DNA from: Paraphysomonas bandaiensis
Lineage: Eukaryota > Protista > Chrysophyceae
Assembly (NCBI GenBank): GCA_965644295.1
Contig: CBFFRP010000019.1
Location: 1-64,000 of the forward strand
DNA length: 64,000 nt
Direction of reading: 5' to 3'
Part shown: in pieces, positions 1 to 14,204 of the stretch
Layout of the letters: each line of letters starts with the position of its first letter
How positions within the stretch are numbered: position 1 is the first letter of the stretch
Program-made: the position numbers and the translations under genes
The notes under the pieces: model-generated
Told to the model about the DNA's origin: nothing
Seen by the model: the letters and a program-made list of their open reading frames with translations, nothing else
Database searches by the model: none

Positions 1-670
1 CCTACAAGAAGCTATAATAATATTCTTTTCAAGATCTATAATAATTCCAAGTCAGTAACTAGTATAAGCTATACGCATTTAAAGTACATGTGTATTTGGT
101 ATTTGCTCACTAGTATGAAGAAAGTGTAGAACTGTGCCATCAGGTCGAACTGTCCCGTTGCCTCATTAACCTTCAAGTATTAGAATATTGCATAGATTTA
201 AGGAATAAGTATATTAATTGTCAAAAAACGAAAAGCAAAGGACGTATGTAGTCTAAAATATATTTACATGTTTGTGTTTCTTTAGTGACCACAATTTGCA
301 ATGACATCATCTTCCACAGCTACCGTCCTACTACATACAAGCAATTGGAAAATGCTATATTTTTGAGGGATAGCTACAGCGGTAATAATTATTCTCAAAG
401 GTCTTATAATGGCAACCAATACGATGTATAGTTAAGACGACACTATATCCTGTGCATTACTTCAGAAGCTATGTACGTATATGAGTGAGACCATAGCTAC
501 TTGCTTCCTCAGGCTTTCGGCATAGTGTATATAAGTAAATTTTCGATCACAGCTCCGTAAGAATGCTATGAGTAGTAACTTCTCACATGATTAATTAAAT
601 AAGAATGCTATGTATTTCAACATAAAAAAGCTTCGTTTCTACTGGGAGACTACCTATATTGCAAAAACAC

Positions 671-1122
671 AAAAATTTACACAAAAATAACTGCATAAAC
701 ACATAAATTAGCGCTAGAGGGTTGATTAGGAGCTTTGGACAAGTCTTCCGAAATCAATGCGAGAGTCCGGGCGATTACCTTCTTTCCGGTAATGACCTCC
801 TCCATGGTGTCAATTACAATGCATTCAGTCGAACTGGGACGCGATATACCTGAGTGAGTCGGAGAATGTGTACTCACTCCTTCACGACACGTGTGGCGCC
901 CTCGACTCTCCGCTCGTGTAGTCCTCGCCCCCTCTACATGCATTGGACACCAAGCAAGTCCATTCAGATCATATTCTAAGACACCATTGAGGAGATCATT
1001 ACCGGAAAGAAGGTAATCGCCCCTGAGGATATTCGCATTGAGCTCGGAAGCAAGTTTTGTCCATATCAAAGCTCCAAATCACCCATTTAGCGCTAATTTA
1101 TGCTATTTTGTGTAGAATTTTT
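671..1122. repeat. Long imperfect inverted repeat/foldback (arms ~671-811 and ~980-1122); MITE-like or hairpin-RNA locus
   Basis: 27-bp perfect core gggcgattaccttctttccggtaatga (769-795) / tcattaccggaaagaaggtaatcgccc (996-1022). Pairing extends with indels to cataaattagcgcta/tagcgctaatttatg and aaaaatttacacaaaa/ttttgtgtagaattttt. Confidence 0.85.
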
Positions 1123-1655
1123 GGGTAGGTCCTAAATATTGGGATATTTATTCAGCGTATAAGTTAAGTTGTTTTTCTGTGAGCAAGTATCCGTTGAGCA
1201 TACTATGACATACACAGTACACAGGGGTGAGGAGATATTCAATGGTGCTAAAAGTTTGAGGTTTTGTTCGAACAGGCGGAAAAAACAGTATATTCTGCAA
1301 ACCTTCTACACTCTTTCGTATAGAGTATATCGACTGCTGTATACACAGGTATATGGTATGATATACACACTGTGACCATACATACATATAGCCTGATGAA
1401 CCACCACAGTGACCATACAGCAGTATATACGTGTACATACCCACACAATCAACACACATACATACTATATACGTCTATATACCATACAGCACACACGTCT
1501 CCATATACATACATCTATATTTCAAAGCATGCAATTATCTCACACAACTCACACTGTGATCATATTCAATTAATATTATATTACATTCATATATTTTCAT
1601 GCAGAAATAAAGAACTTATTAATCTTTATATTCTCAAGCATTCTCTCGTATTATC

Positions 1656-4600
1656 ATGCAAGAATTAAGCGCATTTGATCAGTCTTATATCGCCTTTACG
1701 AGAGTATCAAATTTTATTAAGAATGGTAGAGATTTTGAAGATCCATCTAATCTATTGGATGTACTTGATACTTTATCACCGACTTTAACTCATCCTAGTC
1801 CATTTGCATGGAAATCTCCTGATGCTGCAGCCAGGTACGTCAATAGAAATCTCTGATATGTATATTAACTGCTCTTATATTATATTAGAGAGAGTATCAA
1901 ACCCTCAAGTGGTTCTAATATTGAACGATTCCCGGGGCTTAGATTAACTGAGGATCAGTACAATGCAGTGATTGAATTTTCGGATGAGTTCGAATTAAAT
2001 GAAATTGAATGTGTAGCTGTTTGGGTTGATGCCAGTGATTCATCGAAGCGGCGATTGGTTGAGCAACATACTGGAAAGAGATATGGTTCCCTTGACTTAA
2101 ATATACCAGCAGCAGCGCGGGAAATATTTCATTTACAGAAAGATTTTCAACTTGCAGTTGTAACCGAGCTAATGCGTGCACGTTACGACACAACTCTAAT
2201 TCCAGAGAAGCGCAAAGTTATAATGATGCAAACCAACCGACTCCTCTGTTCTGGCGTCGGCGGTAATTTAATCCGGAGTCTTCTGAATAGTGTTGGAAGG
2301 AATGGAAGTGGTATTGTTGCTTTGTTACGAAAGCATGGGGGTGGTAGGCATGGGAGAGAGCGAAGTGAGACTCAATGGGCACATGTACAGCGACGTCTCT
2401 TGCAGATGGCGGAGTGCATATTGTTCACCTTCTACGAAACCCAGATTGAAGCCGAGGAACTGCGAGATTTGCAGGAGCTTATCCGAGTTCTTTCCGATCT
2501 TGTAGTGAGTGGGTGTGAAGGGGGCGATGCCAGAGAGGAGTGGACAGATGGGCTTCACCAGGTACTTGTGATGTTGCAAGTATGTTACGTATGCGCACTC
2601 GATCAAATCCGCCCGCTTCTATCCAGACATGTGGACTCGGAGCCATATCTTCGTCCGGGAGAAGTTGGGAACAAAATACAACCCGATCCAGCCTCTCGGG
2701 ATGGTATGGAAGATAGTAGTCAACCGTGGCGGAACGGTATGTCAAGAGGGTTTTGTTGTTTAGCTCTTGCTCTTCTTCGTGAGCCCTACGTAGATGATAG
2801 AGATTCTAGATTCAGTGTTGAGGACGTAGTATGGTTTTTGGACAAGGCATCCGAACTACAGGCGTATAGCTATATACGACTCTGTATGGTACCTGTGATA
2901 CAGAGCATGACGGGTGGTCAGACTCAGGCGATTTGTTTGTCGGTTGTATGCGACATGGTTTTCAATCTCCTCACACTGTTTTGTGGAGACTATGGCTTTC
3001 CTTTTCCACTCTCACGCCAGGTACATATAGATACAGTGCTTTGCAACCGTCAACAACAGGAAATGTATCTGACATCTGGCGAAATGGGTGGATCGGAGGC
3101 TGTTGATATTGAACCTGTCGATAGTCTTGCACGAGACTGCCAAGATGACGTATTAGATATGCTCACTGCTCTCCTCACTGCGAGGCCAAACTTTGCATTA
3201 TCATTCTGGGTGTCGCGAAAGCTTCATCCCTTCACGTCTTTAGCAATGGAATGTATCTCCAAAGATCCTACGCTAATCGTACCTTCCCTGCGGTTTCTCG
3301 CTGCTTTGGCTGGGGGGCCTGGGGGCAGCACCTGTGAGTCCACCTACGCATATATTAAAAATAAGCCACAGGGTAGATTCGATCAGACCTCTTTTAGACT
3401 AGACTGGGCGTACCTATTAGACTTGCTTTCTCAGTATGCTCAAAGCCTTTCCAAGTCTGGGGGACCGGGGTATGACAATGAAGGCTATAGAAGTATCAGC
3501 GACGAAGATACCGATGTTCTGGAAGCCATTGTTGATCTTCTCGGAGCTGTTATGCGCAGGGGATCAGTTACGACAGACTTGTATTCCCGCGGCGCCGAAC
3601 CCGTCAAAACTCTTTTCGCTCTTCTTGCTTGTCCTGTGCGTTTCACGCTCAAAGGATCGATACTCCGTGCATTGGCCTCTATTTGCTCAAGCACTTCCTC
3701 TGCTCTGCCTGCTGCTGCATCGGAGGTGGCTCTAGGTACGGTTGACTCAGTGGCGCGGCCTACAGGTGAAGCATCAGGAACGAGTACTATACATGGACTC
3801 GTTTTGGAGGAAATATGGAGTCTAATGGAGGACTATAGATTGCTTCCTCTAACGAGCTCAATGACAGGGGGACATGGAGTAAATGGACCTGCAGTTCAAA
3901 ACTCCGGTCTGCATTGTGAGCTGGAAGATGTTGAGAGTATGTTCGGAATGTATCCTGTTACAGACGGCTTTCTTACACTTCTAGTTGCTCTCTTACAGCA
4001 TGAGAAAGGTCTTCCCGTAAATTTAGGCTTTGGAAGCAGAGTTCCTGGTATTGTGTGCTACATTGACTATGTCGTGAATGAAATTTTGCTGAAAATGCAT
4101 CTGAGAAATTATGCTTTCGAAGGAGAGGGTTTGGGTCAGAGGTGGAAGATAACATCACAAGCTATAATGGTTCTTGTTTCTGTGCTACAGCAGTATACGA
4201 TTAATACATTGAACGTGAGCGATATTTTGCAGAACGGTTTTGATGGAGATAGACAATCTGGGGCTTCGCGGGATAAGGATATTGTTTCCAGTGCTCTCTT
4301 TGAAACACCCCATCAGCGATTTCATAATATGATTGCAGATTTCAGAAATGAAACTGTTGATTATCCATTAGATCTTGAGGGTCAACAGTGGGAGTCGACT
4401 TCATTGCCGGCTGGGCGTTCGTTGATAGGTGGGGCGGGCTACGCACAGAAACGAGGTACTGTGCAGCGTTTCCAGGTTCCCCGTGCGAAATCTGCTGGCT
4501 TCGCTGTGATGTGCCACGTATTGCACCATAGTCGTCGTCTTCTAGATTTTTTGTTGAGTCTACTTCGTGAAAATTCCATGGAAAGCCTGGGAGACTTTCG

Positions 4601-7600
4601 TAATGAAGAGATAACTCGGGCATGCTGGCGCTCTGTCGAAGTAATGAGAATAGCAGAGAAGCAGAAAGCCGCCCCGTCGCAGAATACTGATAACTCGTCG
4701 CAAAATCAACTTGAGAACGCTGATTATCAGCTTCCTGGGTTTGGATGGGATGCATTCCGTTACGATATTGCGTATTGGAAACACCGTACGGTGTCGTCTA
4801 TCATTGGTCTTATATACGAAGTAAGCATTCGGGAAAAGGTGTTCATGGATATGGTAAGATCATCCGAACCTCTGTCAATACTTCGTACAGAGAGACTCGG
4901 TAGTGTGGCCTCACTCGTTCCTGTACAACTCTGCAGTTTAGACACATTGCTCAGCAGCTCTCCTTCCCATTCTCAACCTCCTCTAATCAGTGTAGTTGCG
5001 AGTTTTATAGTGATGGAGCCGGAGCCGGCCGTGTGTTTTCCCTCGGTCCCTGTGCTGGCTGTCAGAGTATTGCACCACATAGCGATGTCCCAGAACTCTA
5101 TGAAAGTTCTGAGTTTAATTGCAGATAGTGCTGCTGGGGACCAATTGGTTTCATCGTGCACAGCAGCATTGATGGATGGCAGTGGTGGTATGGTTCATAG
5201 ACTGTTCAGCTCATCAGAATGTACTGTCAGGCAGGGTGGTGCTATTGGAGATCCATCGAGATGTTTTGGCCTCGTATTTACTCCGTCCGCATCCCTGGCC
5301 TCCGACTCTCTTACCATATCTCTGCGATACTATTTTGAAAGCTCACAATTCGCTCATGCCCAATCACTCCGTGTACCTGAGGGGCGCTTGGAAGAGCGTA
5401 TTGAAGATGATGTGCGTGAGGCTGTAATTGATTTGTTATTACTTTCTCTTCACCCGTCTCGAAAATGTATTAGTCATTACTTACTTGGTTTACTCGACTT
5501 ATCGGACACGAAGTCCGTCACCTCTTATGCAGTTCGTGGTTTCAACATGCGTCCCGGCTTCCCCGCCAATTGTCTTGATGCTGTGTTAGATTTACTCAGT
5601 TTAGATTCACCGGACAATGCAAGTTTGTATGCGCGCAGTCCCATTCAGGCAGCTAAATGTTATGAGCTACTCTACCGACTCCTTGCAAGCCCTGTCACAA
5701 CTTCTTTAATGCGGCAGGTAATGGCACTGCGAAAAGGAACACGTTTCGTCCACTTCTTGCAGCCCCACTTGGCGCTATTCCTAGAACATCAACGCAAACT
5801 CAGGCAACACGGGGATAGTTCTGTTGATGTTCTTCACGATGCCGCTCGAATTAATTGTCGTGCTTGGGTTTTAAAGATTTTTGCACTTGAACTTCACACA
5901 ATGGAGTTATCGTCACGTGTTCCGCGCAGTGCGATACAAGCACTCTTAAGTATACTTTTCAGCACTGATTCTGCAATGAATTTTACTGGATTAGGGAGTA
6001 CGTGGCTGGAAGGAGGAATAGAGAAGACCCCAGCTGAAGGGGGCATGATATTAGTATTACAGTTGCTAAGCACTATGCCCCTGACATCTCCGTTTGATGT
6101 GGAGGGGCATGATTCGCCACTGGTTGTGCAGTGCATGAGAGAGAGTAGTGTTCCATATTGTGCTGCATATGGTCAGCCGCTTTGTCATTCACGCAATGAC
6201 CCACCTGGAAAGTTTACATTCGTAAACATTCACAATATGATGCAAATGATGCATCAAGAGTTTTCCCAGGGTGCAAGTCAGCGTTCAGACATAGATGCGG
6301 TTATTGATCGTGCTGCTGGAGTTGCTGCTAATTACAACAAATACAATGTGCTAATGGCTGCCTTGGCAAACGCTTGCCAGGGATGGAGACAGGTGGTAGA
6401 TGTATCACTCTTTGGATGTGGAAGTCTTCTTTTGGGACGTTATATTGATGAGGATTCTCAACAGGATGCATCGCTGAGAAGCAGCAATATGAGATTGACC
6501 GAGTTGTCTTCACTCCGCAGAGCAGACGATGATTGGGCTGCAGATGCTGCTGTTAGTAAGATTGTTAGGTTTTTGATGCTTCCTACTCTTAGGCTGTTAG
6601 TATCTAATCCGTCTATGGAAATGGTGTTGGCGGAGCAACTAGCGAGGTCGTTTGTGTCAATGACAGCTCTGCTCAGAGAAATTTGCACCGCCCAGACTAA
6701 TGCGCAATCATCGGATTCTGTGCGAGGTATATACTTGATACTATTACATATATATATTAATTGACAAACACATGTAGGTGCGACCTCAATATTATCGGAG
6801 AGTCAACACGATGACTTGATTGCTGGAACTATCCAAACCATCCTTCGGCGTGGAAGTGCTCATGCAGCCAGATCTACCTCCTCCACTTCATTTCGTGGCC
6901 TGCTATATACTTCTCTGGTACAATTGGTGCGGTGTGATACCACCACTGCGGTTGAAACGAACTCGACAGATGACATTTATCTAGAATCTAACCCATCTCA
7001 TTCGGATGAATTTCGCGCGAGGTGTACGGTGCGTATACCTCATTTGTCTGTTATCATTACAAATGTGTAAGTGCTGTACGTTAGGTGTTACTTGAGCCAT
7101 ATGCTTCAGACCTGGTTGATATTATTGGGGGAGACGCATCACTGCCGTCAAAGGATTCTCTCATATGCCGTATGTCGGCCTTTTCTGCTCTCGGATGTCT
7201 CCTGTCCATAATTGGCCCCCAAGAATATGGCAGCACGTATAGTGGTGCCCCATCAGACTCGGTTAGAAGTAAAAGACACAGTCAGTACTACAGGGATACA
7301 TTTCTTAGCTCCTCCCCCTACGTTAATTCGATTACCGTTCTTAGAGATAAAGGACATCTGAAAAGAATTCTTTGTAATGCCAACTTGAGCTCGTCGATGG
7401 GTGAACATAATTCGGGAAACATATCCTTTAGTAGCGATGATATTCTGTTGGAGGCGACTCTTACTTTGTGCTCTCATATAGCATGCTCTAGCGAGGGAGC
7501 TCATTTACTTTACGATCTTGGTGTCATTCAGTTTATCAATACTTGGCCAACGATTCCAGTACCTTCTACTCAGGTTATTGGAAAGCGAGACTCTCATGGG

Positions 7601-8872
7601 GTTCAAAGCAGCAACAGTGGTTATCTGAATGGTAGAAGTAGACATTCGCACCACGAAATTCCTGTATCTGAACAAGAAACTGTGACATTGCTGGCACCGT
7701 TCCTTAGACTCATGCGTGCGATGGCCGCTTCTTCGCCAAGTGAAGATATATTGAGGCAATGCGCCGAGTTTCTTGTGCATAATCATCAAGTAGTTTCATA
7801 CTTTCTTCGACTTCAATTTTCAACTCTTGGAGGACTGCGACTGACACTTGCTATTGTAAGTCTGATGTGCACTATTGCTTCCGCGGGAACAGCTTTATCT
7901 GAGCGTATGGAAGGGCACATTGGAAGGGCATCCAGTGAGAGGTCGATTTCAGCTGTTCATTCACTATGGGAGGTATGTATGGGACCAAAAGGCGACTCTT
8001 ATACTGCTGAACTGTGCAATATGGCGAAAATTATTGGTAAGTTTCTTATTTTTACTTACAGCATTGTTTGAAAGGTGTAAATTGTGATAGGAGCTAACCC
8101 ATTACCAGCATGGCGACGGAACACGTATGGGATGCACAAATGGCAAGGTGCCGAAGACTCGTGGTGGAATTTTGTTGTACCAAATTCACCGAGTGAACAT
8201 GAGATGAAGGGTACCGTCGTAGAGCTACCGTCGTCTATCAAGCGCGGATGGGGGGGCGGCTATCGTAATAATTCTGAAAGTCAGATATGGTCTCAATTTG
8301 ATGCCATTAAATTCACTCTTGGACTAAATATATTGGAGCGCGTCTCGTCGTTTTTGAGAATTCGTTCCAATCTTGATGTCGTGTGCGGAATCAGCTCGTC
8401 GAGAGATGTACATGGGCACTCACAACGAGGTAGAGGAAACCTTCAGTTGTGTGGTATTCTCGCCGTAGACGTTAAAGACTTATGTGAATCCTTTCAATCG
8501 GTGGCATCTTTCTACCTTAGTGTATACAAATCTGGTTCTGCGGGTACGAATGAGAGCTCCTGGCTGACTGAACCAAGTGCCATAGCGAATTCGTATTCTA
8601 GTAGAATGCTTCATTCGGATGATGACTCTAATTCATCGTGTTCATTGAGCGAAGCGGATAAAGAAATTAGAAGGCTTTTGCTACATTCGGTGGAGAGCTT
8701 GATGTGTTCTGTATACGACATCATTGCCATGTCGTCGTCGGCGGAGAGGGCGTCGTGGTCATCTGATATTACCGCCTGCTTGCAGGTGGCAGAAGATTTC
8801 ACTCCCCATTCGTTCGTTAGGCAGCTAGCACGTGATGTTGAAATGATTGGGAATCGACCTAACTTAGAGTGA
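1656..8872 (+). CDS. NUP205: Nuclear pore complex protein Nup205/Nup192-like, 5 exons (1656-1834, 1889-6726, 6778-7028, 7085-8036, 8091-8872)
   Basis: Very large helical protein joined by GT-AG introns of 51-56 nt. Motifs FSDEFELNEIEC and ELEDVESMFGMYPVTDGF..LPVNLGFGSRVPGIVCYIDYV..RNY..QRWKI match the conserved Nup205 segment. Confidence 0.85.
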
Positions 8873-9335
8873 TTTTCAGTAGCAGAACAAGTTAATACAG
8901 TTGTGAAAGAAATTATTCGGTTAAGTTTATGGAGAGGAGGTGCTGATGTATTGATTAGTATTATTGGGGTCAGCTTTGCTTTAGAAACACATTCGTGTGA
9001 TAGCATATGATAATAAGATTTTCTCCTGTAGTGTTTTGTGAGAAGTTTATAGTATTGCATAAACAACCTGGTGGTTGTGTGGTTGTGCAAACTAATGGTA
9101 TAGATGACGTAATTACTGCAAGTGTATATTCCATTTTAGATATAGTAGTGATATATATGCAGGCTGAAATCAATTATATTTGCAACTAATACTCTTGGAC
9201 CAATGAATTGATACTAAACCACGTATTCAAGTAGCTATACATAGGTTATCTGCCAATGCAGCATGCTCAACTGTTTGTATCTTTTCATTCCTGAGCCTTT
9301 AAGTAGCACTAAATGACGAGGAGTCCAGTAGACAG

Positions 9336-11422
9336 TGTTGAGTTTTGCTGTTTGAGCAATTAAAAGCTGTAATTCTAATAAGATATTGGAATTATGACGG
9401 TTACTGGATAATACAGTAGTGGTTAACTGTATTATGAGAAGTGATATCATGACGATGTAAGATCGTACTAGATATATAGCTTATTATATTTATTATAATC
9501 TTCTCTTATCTTAACTTGATTAATGAGTGAATACACGTCCAGTTAACTTAGTAAATCATCCAATTGTGTCATATCTTGACATGGTAGCGGATAGTAGTTA
9601 GAAACAACTGCTGAAGTGTGACCATTGGAATGTAACTGGACAGAGAAGTAGGAGTGATACTGCTGTGTACAGTAGAAACCTACAGTATATAGGATATAAA
9701 ACCAGTATTATATATGAAAATCTGGGTTTTCATACGAACATTACAGAAAAAGTAGACTGGAAAAGATGACTGCTATTGTTATGTACTGTAGCTATGTTGC
9801 AGTGGTTGATGAATGTATGAACCCTCTGAATGAAGAGACCCATATAATTATCAGAATATCTCATGTGCATGAGCACGGTGATTCAGTAATGTGTCTGATT
9901 GTGTGGATGGGGGTGCAATGCTATCGATGGGGGTGCGAGTGATCAGGAGTCGTGTCAGTTATGTTATATAAGATGAGAGCATCTTCTCATGTGATGGAAT
10001 GCTATCGATGATGAGCTTGAGGAGGTTGTGGTCAAGGGTGACCTACAAGCCCGAACTGTTGCAGAGTTCAGCCATCTTACAAGCTCGAATCATGTGGATA
10101 AGGGCTTAATCCTTAGAGCTACTTGAGAAGTGGTTCGGGAAAATGGTGTAATAGTAGAGTAGCCTCGAGGGCACTTGATACTGCCATGTTAGCATGTTGT
10201 GAATGTGACTAACGATTATACACAATGGTGGTACGAAAAATCCTGCGACCCGTGACGATGGGGCAGGTGACTCGCTATCGACGCCGGCTAGGGGTACACG
10301 CCCAGCATACGGCGGATATGATGACAAGGACTGTGTCGTCCTTCAGTACCTGCCCGAGAGTAGTGTATGTACTGCGTCTAGAGAGACCAGTGAAAACAGT
10401 GTATGAGACACATGTGTATGTACTGCATCGACGGCGTCTGGGGAGACCAGTAAGAGTTGTGTTGGTACGGTTCGTATTATATCTAGTGAGATTAGTGTGA
10501 ATCGTGTCTGTGAGACTGTACCTGCTGAGTCTAGGGAGACTTGTGTGGTAAGCGTACGGGTGTTGACTAGTGTGTCCACCCTGGGTGAGGTAAACCTTTA
10601 TGATGAGGAGATTGTCAATCTGTGTGATGACAGTGACTGTTCTAATAACTAACATAATATGTCTAATTATAGAGAGACCAAGGCATAATATATATGAGAA
10701 GTTTGTTAATTGCCTTGATTTGCTTCAGTGTGTAAGTAGCAGGCTGTGTTTGCTGGCATGCAGGAACTGGTGTGGCTTCGGGGGGTGTTGGTCGAACTGG
10801 GACTTCGATTGTACGAATCCACTCCATTCTTCCTGACAGCCAGAGCGCACGTAACTTAGCGTGTTGAATGTTGTGTGATTGATCCGACAAGGAACAGAAA
10901 TCAGACGTGGAGGTTATAAGAGACAGAAGATCATCATATAGATGTGTTGCCTATGGTGAGGCTAGCTGAAACGTCGGAGTCATACGTCCACCGGTTTGTC
11001 CTATGAGGTTTTTTGGTGGTTGCGTATCCGTCAGTTATGTCTTGCGATGTGAAGATTCAATGTACAGCTCATAAGAAGGTCTTGGTGGTTGCGTATCCGT
11101 CAGTTATGACTCGGGGTTTGACAATTCAATGTACAGCTTTGAATTGAGAGGGAGTGCTGAGTTTTGCTGTTTAAGCAATTAAAAGCTGTAATTCTAAGAT
11201 ATTGGAATTATGACGGTTACTGGATAATACAGTAGTGGTTAACTGTATTATGAGAAGTGATATCATGACGATGTGTGAAGTACTAGAAATGAGTGGTAGT
11301 AGAGATAACGTGATATATTGCTTATTATATTTATTATAATCTTCTCTTATCTTAACTTGATTAACGAGTGAATACACGTCCAGTTAACTTAGTAAATCAT
11401 CCAATTGTGTCATATCTTGACA
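9336..11422 (+). mobile_element. Non-autonomous LTR retroelement (TRIM/LARD-like, ~2.1 kb): 5' LTR 9336-9581, 3' LTR 11155-11422
   Basis: Direct repeats with TG...CA ends; GACAG 5-bp TSD (9331-9335, 11423-11427); PBS tggtagcgg directly after the 5' LTR; PPT gagagggag (11146-11154) directly before the 3' LTR; no gag/pol ORF inside. Confidence 0.92.
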
Positions 11423-11427
11423 GACAG

Positions 11428-11600
11428 TAGTAAATGACTTATTATTAGCAATAGGCGTGTAAGCTACGAAAAATCTGGCTGTGGGTCACCGCAAGCACCA
11501 ATACCAATAGGCAACCACTTTCGCACTATCACTCAAAGCAAACGTAGTGAGTAAGCGGCATGTTAATATTTAATATTAATGACGGATGCTTGACTTCAGT
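11428..11600 (-). repeat. Dispersed repeat family R1, copy A
   Basis: Reverse complement contains ctgaagtca..catgccgcttactcactacgtttgctttgagtgatag..ggtgcttgcggtgac..ttcgtagc..cttacacgcctattgctaataa, shared with the other copies. Confidence 0.8.
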
Positions 11601-11913
11601 GGGCAGTCCAATACCCTGGTTACCCTTCAGGTGGGCCCATTCCCGGATGCCTGTTTATTCGTCATGGCCAAAAGACGTCTACACAAATTACGCTTGTATT
11701 TTAGTGTCTCTAGTACCATACAAACATTAGACTATGAGTAGGCAGAACGTTATCTGCTGACTATATACGCGGCCTACACGCTAGTTTCCCGGAGATATAT
11801 GATCTCCACAAAAATGTGTGAGTCCGACTTTGATGAGAGCGAGGTGTTTAAATCAGTCATATAACAATATCTTTAGATCAAAACTGAATAAACTTTATTG
11901 ACTGTGGAATTCA

Positions 11914-12165
11914 TGTTGAGCTTTGCTGTTTGTGAGTAATTAAAAGCTATACTTTTATTTTTGAATTTTGACCGTCAATGAAAGAAAATAGAAGTGTGTT
12001 GTGTTTTGCTTTGAGTATTAGAGTGAAAATAGTTACACTTTGGTGCTTGCGGTTAAGCATTAGGCACAAGCAGCTTTCGTAGAGTAAAATAGTAGGACAT
12101 CAGAGCTAAGCACTAGTTAGTTATATTGTTTTAATCTGACTCTTACACTCCTATTGCTATAATAA
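11914..12165 (+). repeat. Dispersed repeat family R1, copy B; begins with an LTR-like TGTTGAG 5' end
   Basis: First ~85 nt (tgttgagctttgctgtttgtgagtaattaaaagct...) resemble the 9336 LTR start, followed by the core ttggtgcttgcgg..cacaagcagctttcgtag..atcagagctaagcactagtta. Confidence 0.8.
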
Positions 12166-12486
12166 TATGATACTAACTACTAGTTATGAAGTAGATTTGC
12201 CACTACTATAACCTCCGTAGCTTGTCAATAATTAACTGTTCATGCTACGAATCGCAAATATAACGGAAAAAGTAATGATTACTGCTGCCGCTACTATGCA
12301 GCTGGAATATGAAAGTACAACGCACATGGATCACGGAAACGCCACACTACACTTCACACATACGTACAAAGCAATCATCATACAAACATGCAGTGTGCAT
12401 GACGAATGAATAACACCAGGTGATAATGAACCAGTGTGTTAGTTCACGTTTTGCCGGTCTGCGCGAAATATGTGTATTTATTTCTG

Positions 12487-14204
12487 TCAGTACTTCCACC
12501 TAGGGGATGATGCTGACCGCTGAGATGACCTGGCAGAAGAGTAGATCGAATCATACTCGCTGCAGGACGGCGTGCTCATCTGCTTAGCATTCTCTAACTC
12601 TTTCTCGTCTTTTGTAAATCGCTGGCGCTTCAACTGCGAAAATATGAGACATAGCATGACCTAATAACGGGAGTTAATAACCTGCTCTATCCTTTTACGT
12701 TTCCGTTCTCTTTCGGCGTAACACTTCTGACTGAGCAGGTCTTTATACTCTACATACACTTGCTTTTCAATCTTCTTCAGGTCGGACAAACTGCGCCCGT
12801 AGCGTACAGAGAATTGTGGTGTGACATAATATGGTATATGTATGTCTTCCCCCAACAAGGAAGTTTCTTTCGGAACTGCAAACTTCCCGTCTCGTGCTAA
12901 TGAGTAAGGCATGTTTCCCCGCCCACCGTAAGTTTCACCCCCTCCACCGAATCCTCCAAAAGACATCATAAATATCAGCAGAATAGGAAGTAGCTGAAGA
13001 AGTTGCATAAATCCGCCCCCACCTCGTTGTTGCTGCTGGTGTGGTTCTCGTTCTCTTGGCCTGCTCCCTCCAAAGTGAAAGGTGTGTACACCACCGCGCC
13101 CCCCCCTCATACCCGGCATTCCTCCATGGAAAAACATCTCAAACAGCTCCTCAGGCGACACTTCGTGTCTGTTGAAGCCTCCATGACCACCCATGCCTCC
13201 TCCTCCACTTGCTCCCTCCTCAGTACCATACATGTCGTACTGCTCTTTCTTACGGGGGTCGCTCAGACAATCGAAGGCACTGCTAATTGCCTTAAAGGCA
13301 CCCTCAGCACTTGGAGCACTGTTTTTATCTGGATGAAACTTGAGAGCAAGTTTGCGATATTGCTTCTTGATCTCATCTTCGCGTGCACCGCGTGATAAAC
13401 CGAGGGTCTGGACGGTTACATAAGGTTATACTACCTCCAGAACAGAAGGATATGCACCTACCTCGTAGTGGCCTTTCTTCGCCAACTGCAGAATTTTCTT
13501 AGCTCCTTCTTCTTGTTCTTGAGTATACGATCTTCCTCCGGCTGCGGGTGTTTGATCTGAAACAGGGAACGTCGTTGAGAGTGGACACATACCAAAGGTA
13601 GCGTTTACCTGGTGTAGAACGTCCCTGCGAGCTCGTAGGGGAAGGTCGCCCACTCGATGCACTAATAGCAGCAAAAATGCTAAGAACAGTTGAAAACAAG
13701 TTCAAAATCGATTTAACCTGGTATTACTGCCCTTCTGACTACCTGCACCACCTGTTTTACATGTATAAGAACAGATTATAATATATGACGTATATATCGA
13801 ACCTCCTTTCAGACAATTCTCCGCCTTCGCTTTTAATGCATCCACTCCTATAATTAAAGTAACGCATTATATCAATTACATGAATATCTTTTACCTGGAA
13901 GAGGATAGAGTCTCAGTGATTTATCAAAGAATTTGACTGCTTTCTCCAATTGTCCTTTCTTAAAAAATTCCTATAAAAAATTGTTATAGTTAACATATTT
14001 ATATATGTATGTATGTGTAAGTGTTATGATCGTATGAGTTATATGTATGTGTATGTGTGTATGTATGTGTATGTATACCTTAGCAAGATCTCTACACCTC
14101 TCAGCTTCTCCCTTATTGGCGATTCCCTGACAATAATAGTTATATAATGCGGTGATCTATCTAGGTGTGTATGTATATGTATATATGTGTATGTATACCT
14201 CCAT
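12487..14204 (-). CDS. DNAJB12: DnaJ homolog subfamily B member 12/14-like ER-membrane Hsp40 (multi-exon)
   Basis: Spliced N-terminus MEGIANKGEAERCRDLAKEFFKKGQLEKAVKFFDKSLRLYP; J domain with KFHPDKN (~13320-13342); G/F-rich linker, TM (QLLQLLPILLIFMM) and DUF1977-like C-terminus ending ...SPRWKY*. Confidence 0.9.

Noticed and set aside
2290-6688. Short overlapping and antisense ORFs inside NUP205, XRN1, DAK and other genes
   Set aside because: Shadow ORFs of long coding regions with no independent motifs.
9235-9450. Paralogous small ORFs at 9235-9450 and 11171-11377
   Set aside because: Chance reading frames in the two LTR copies.
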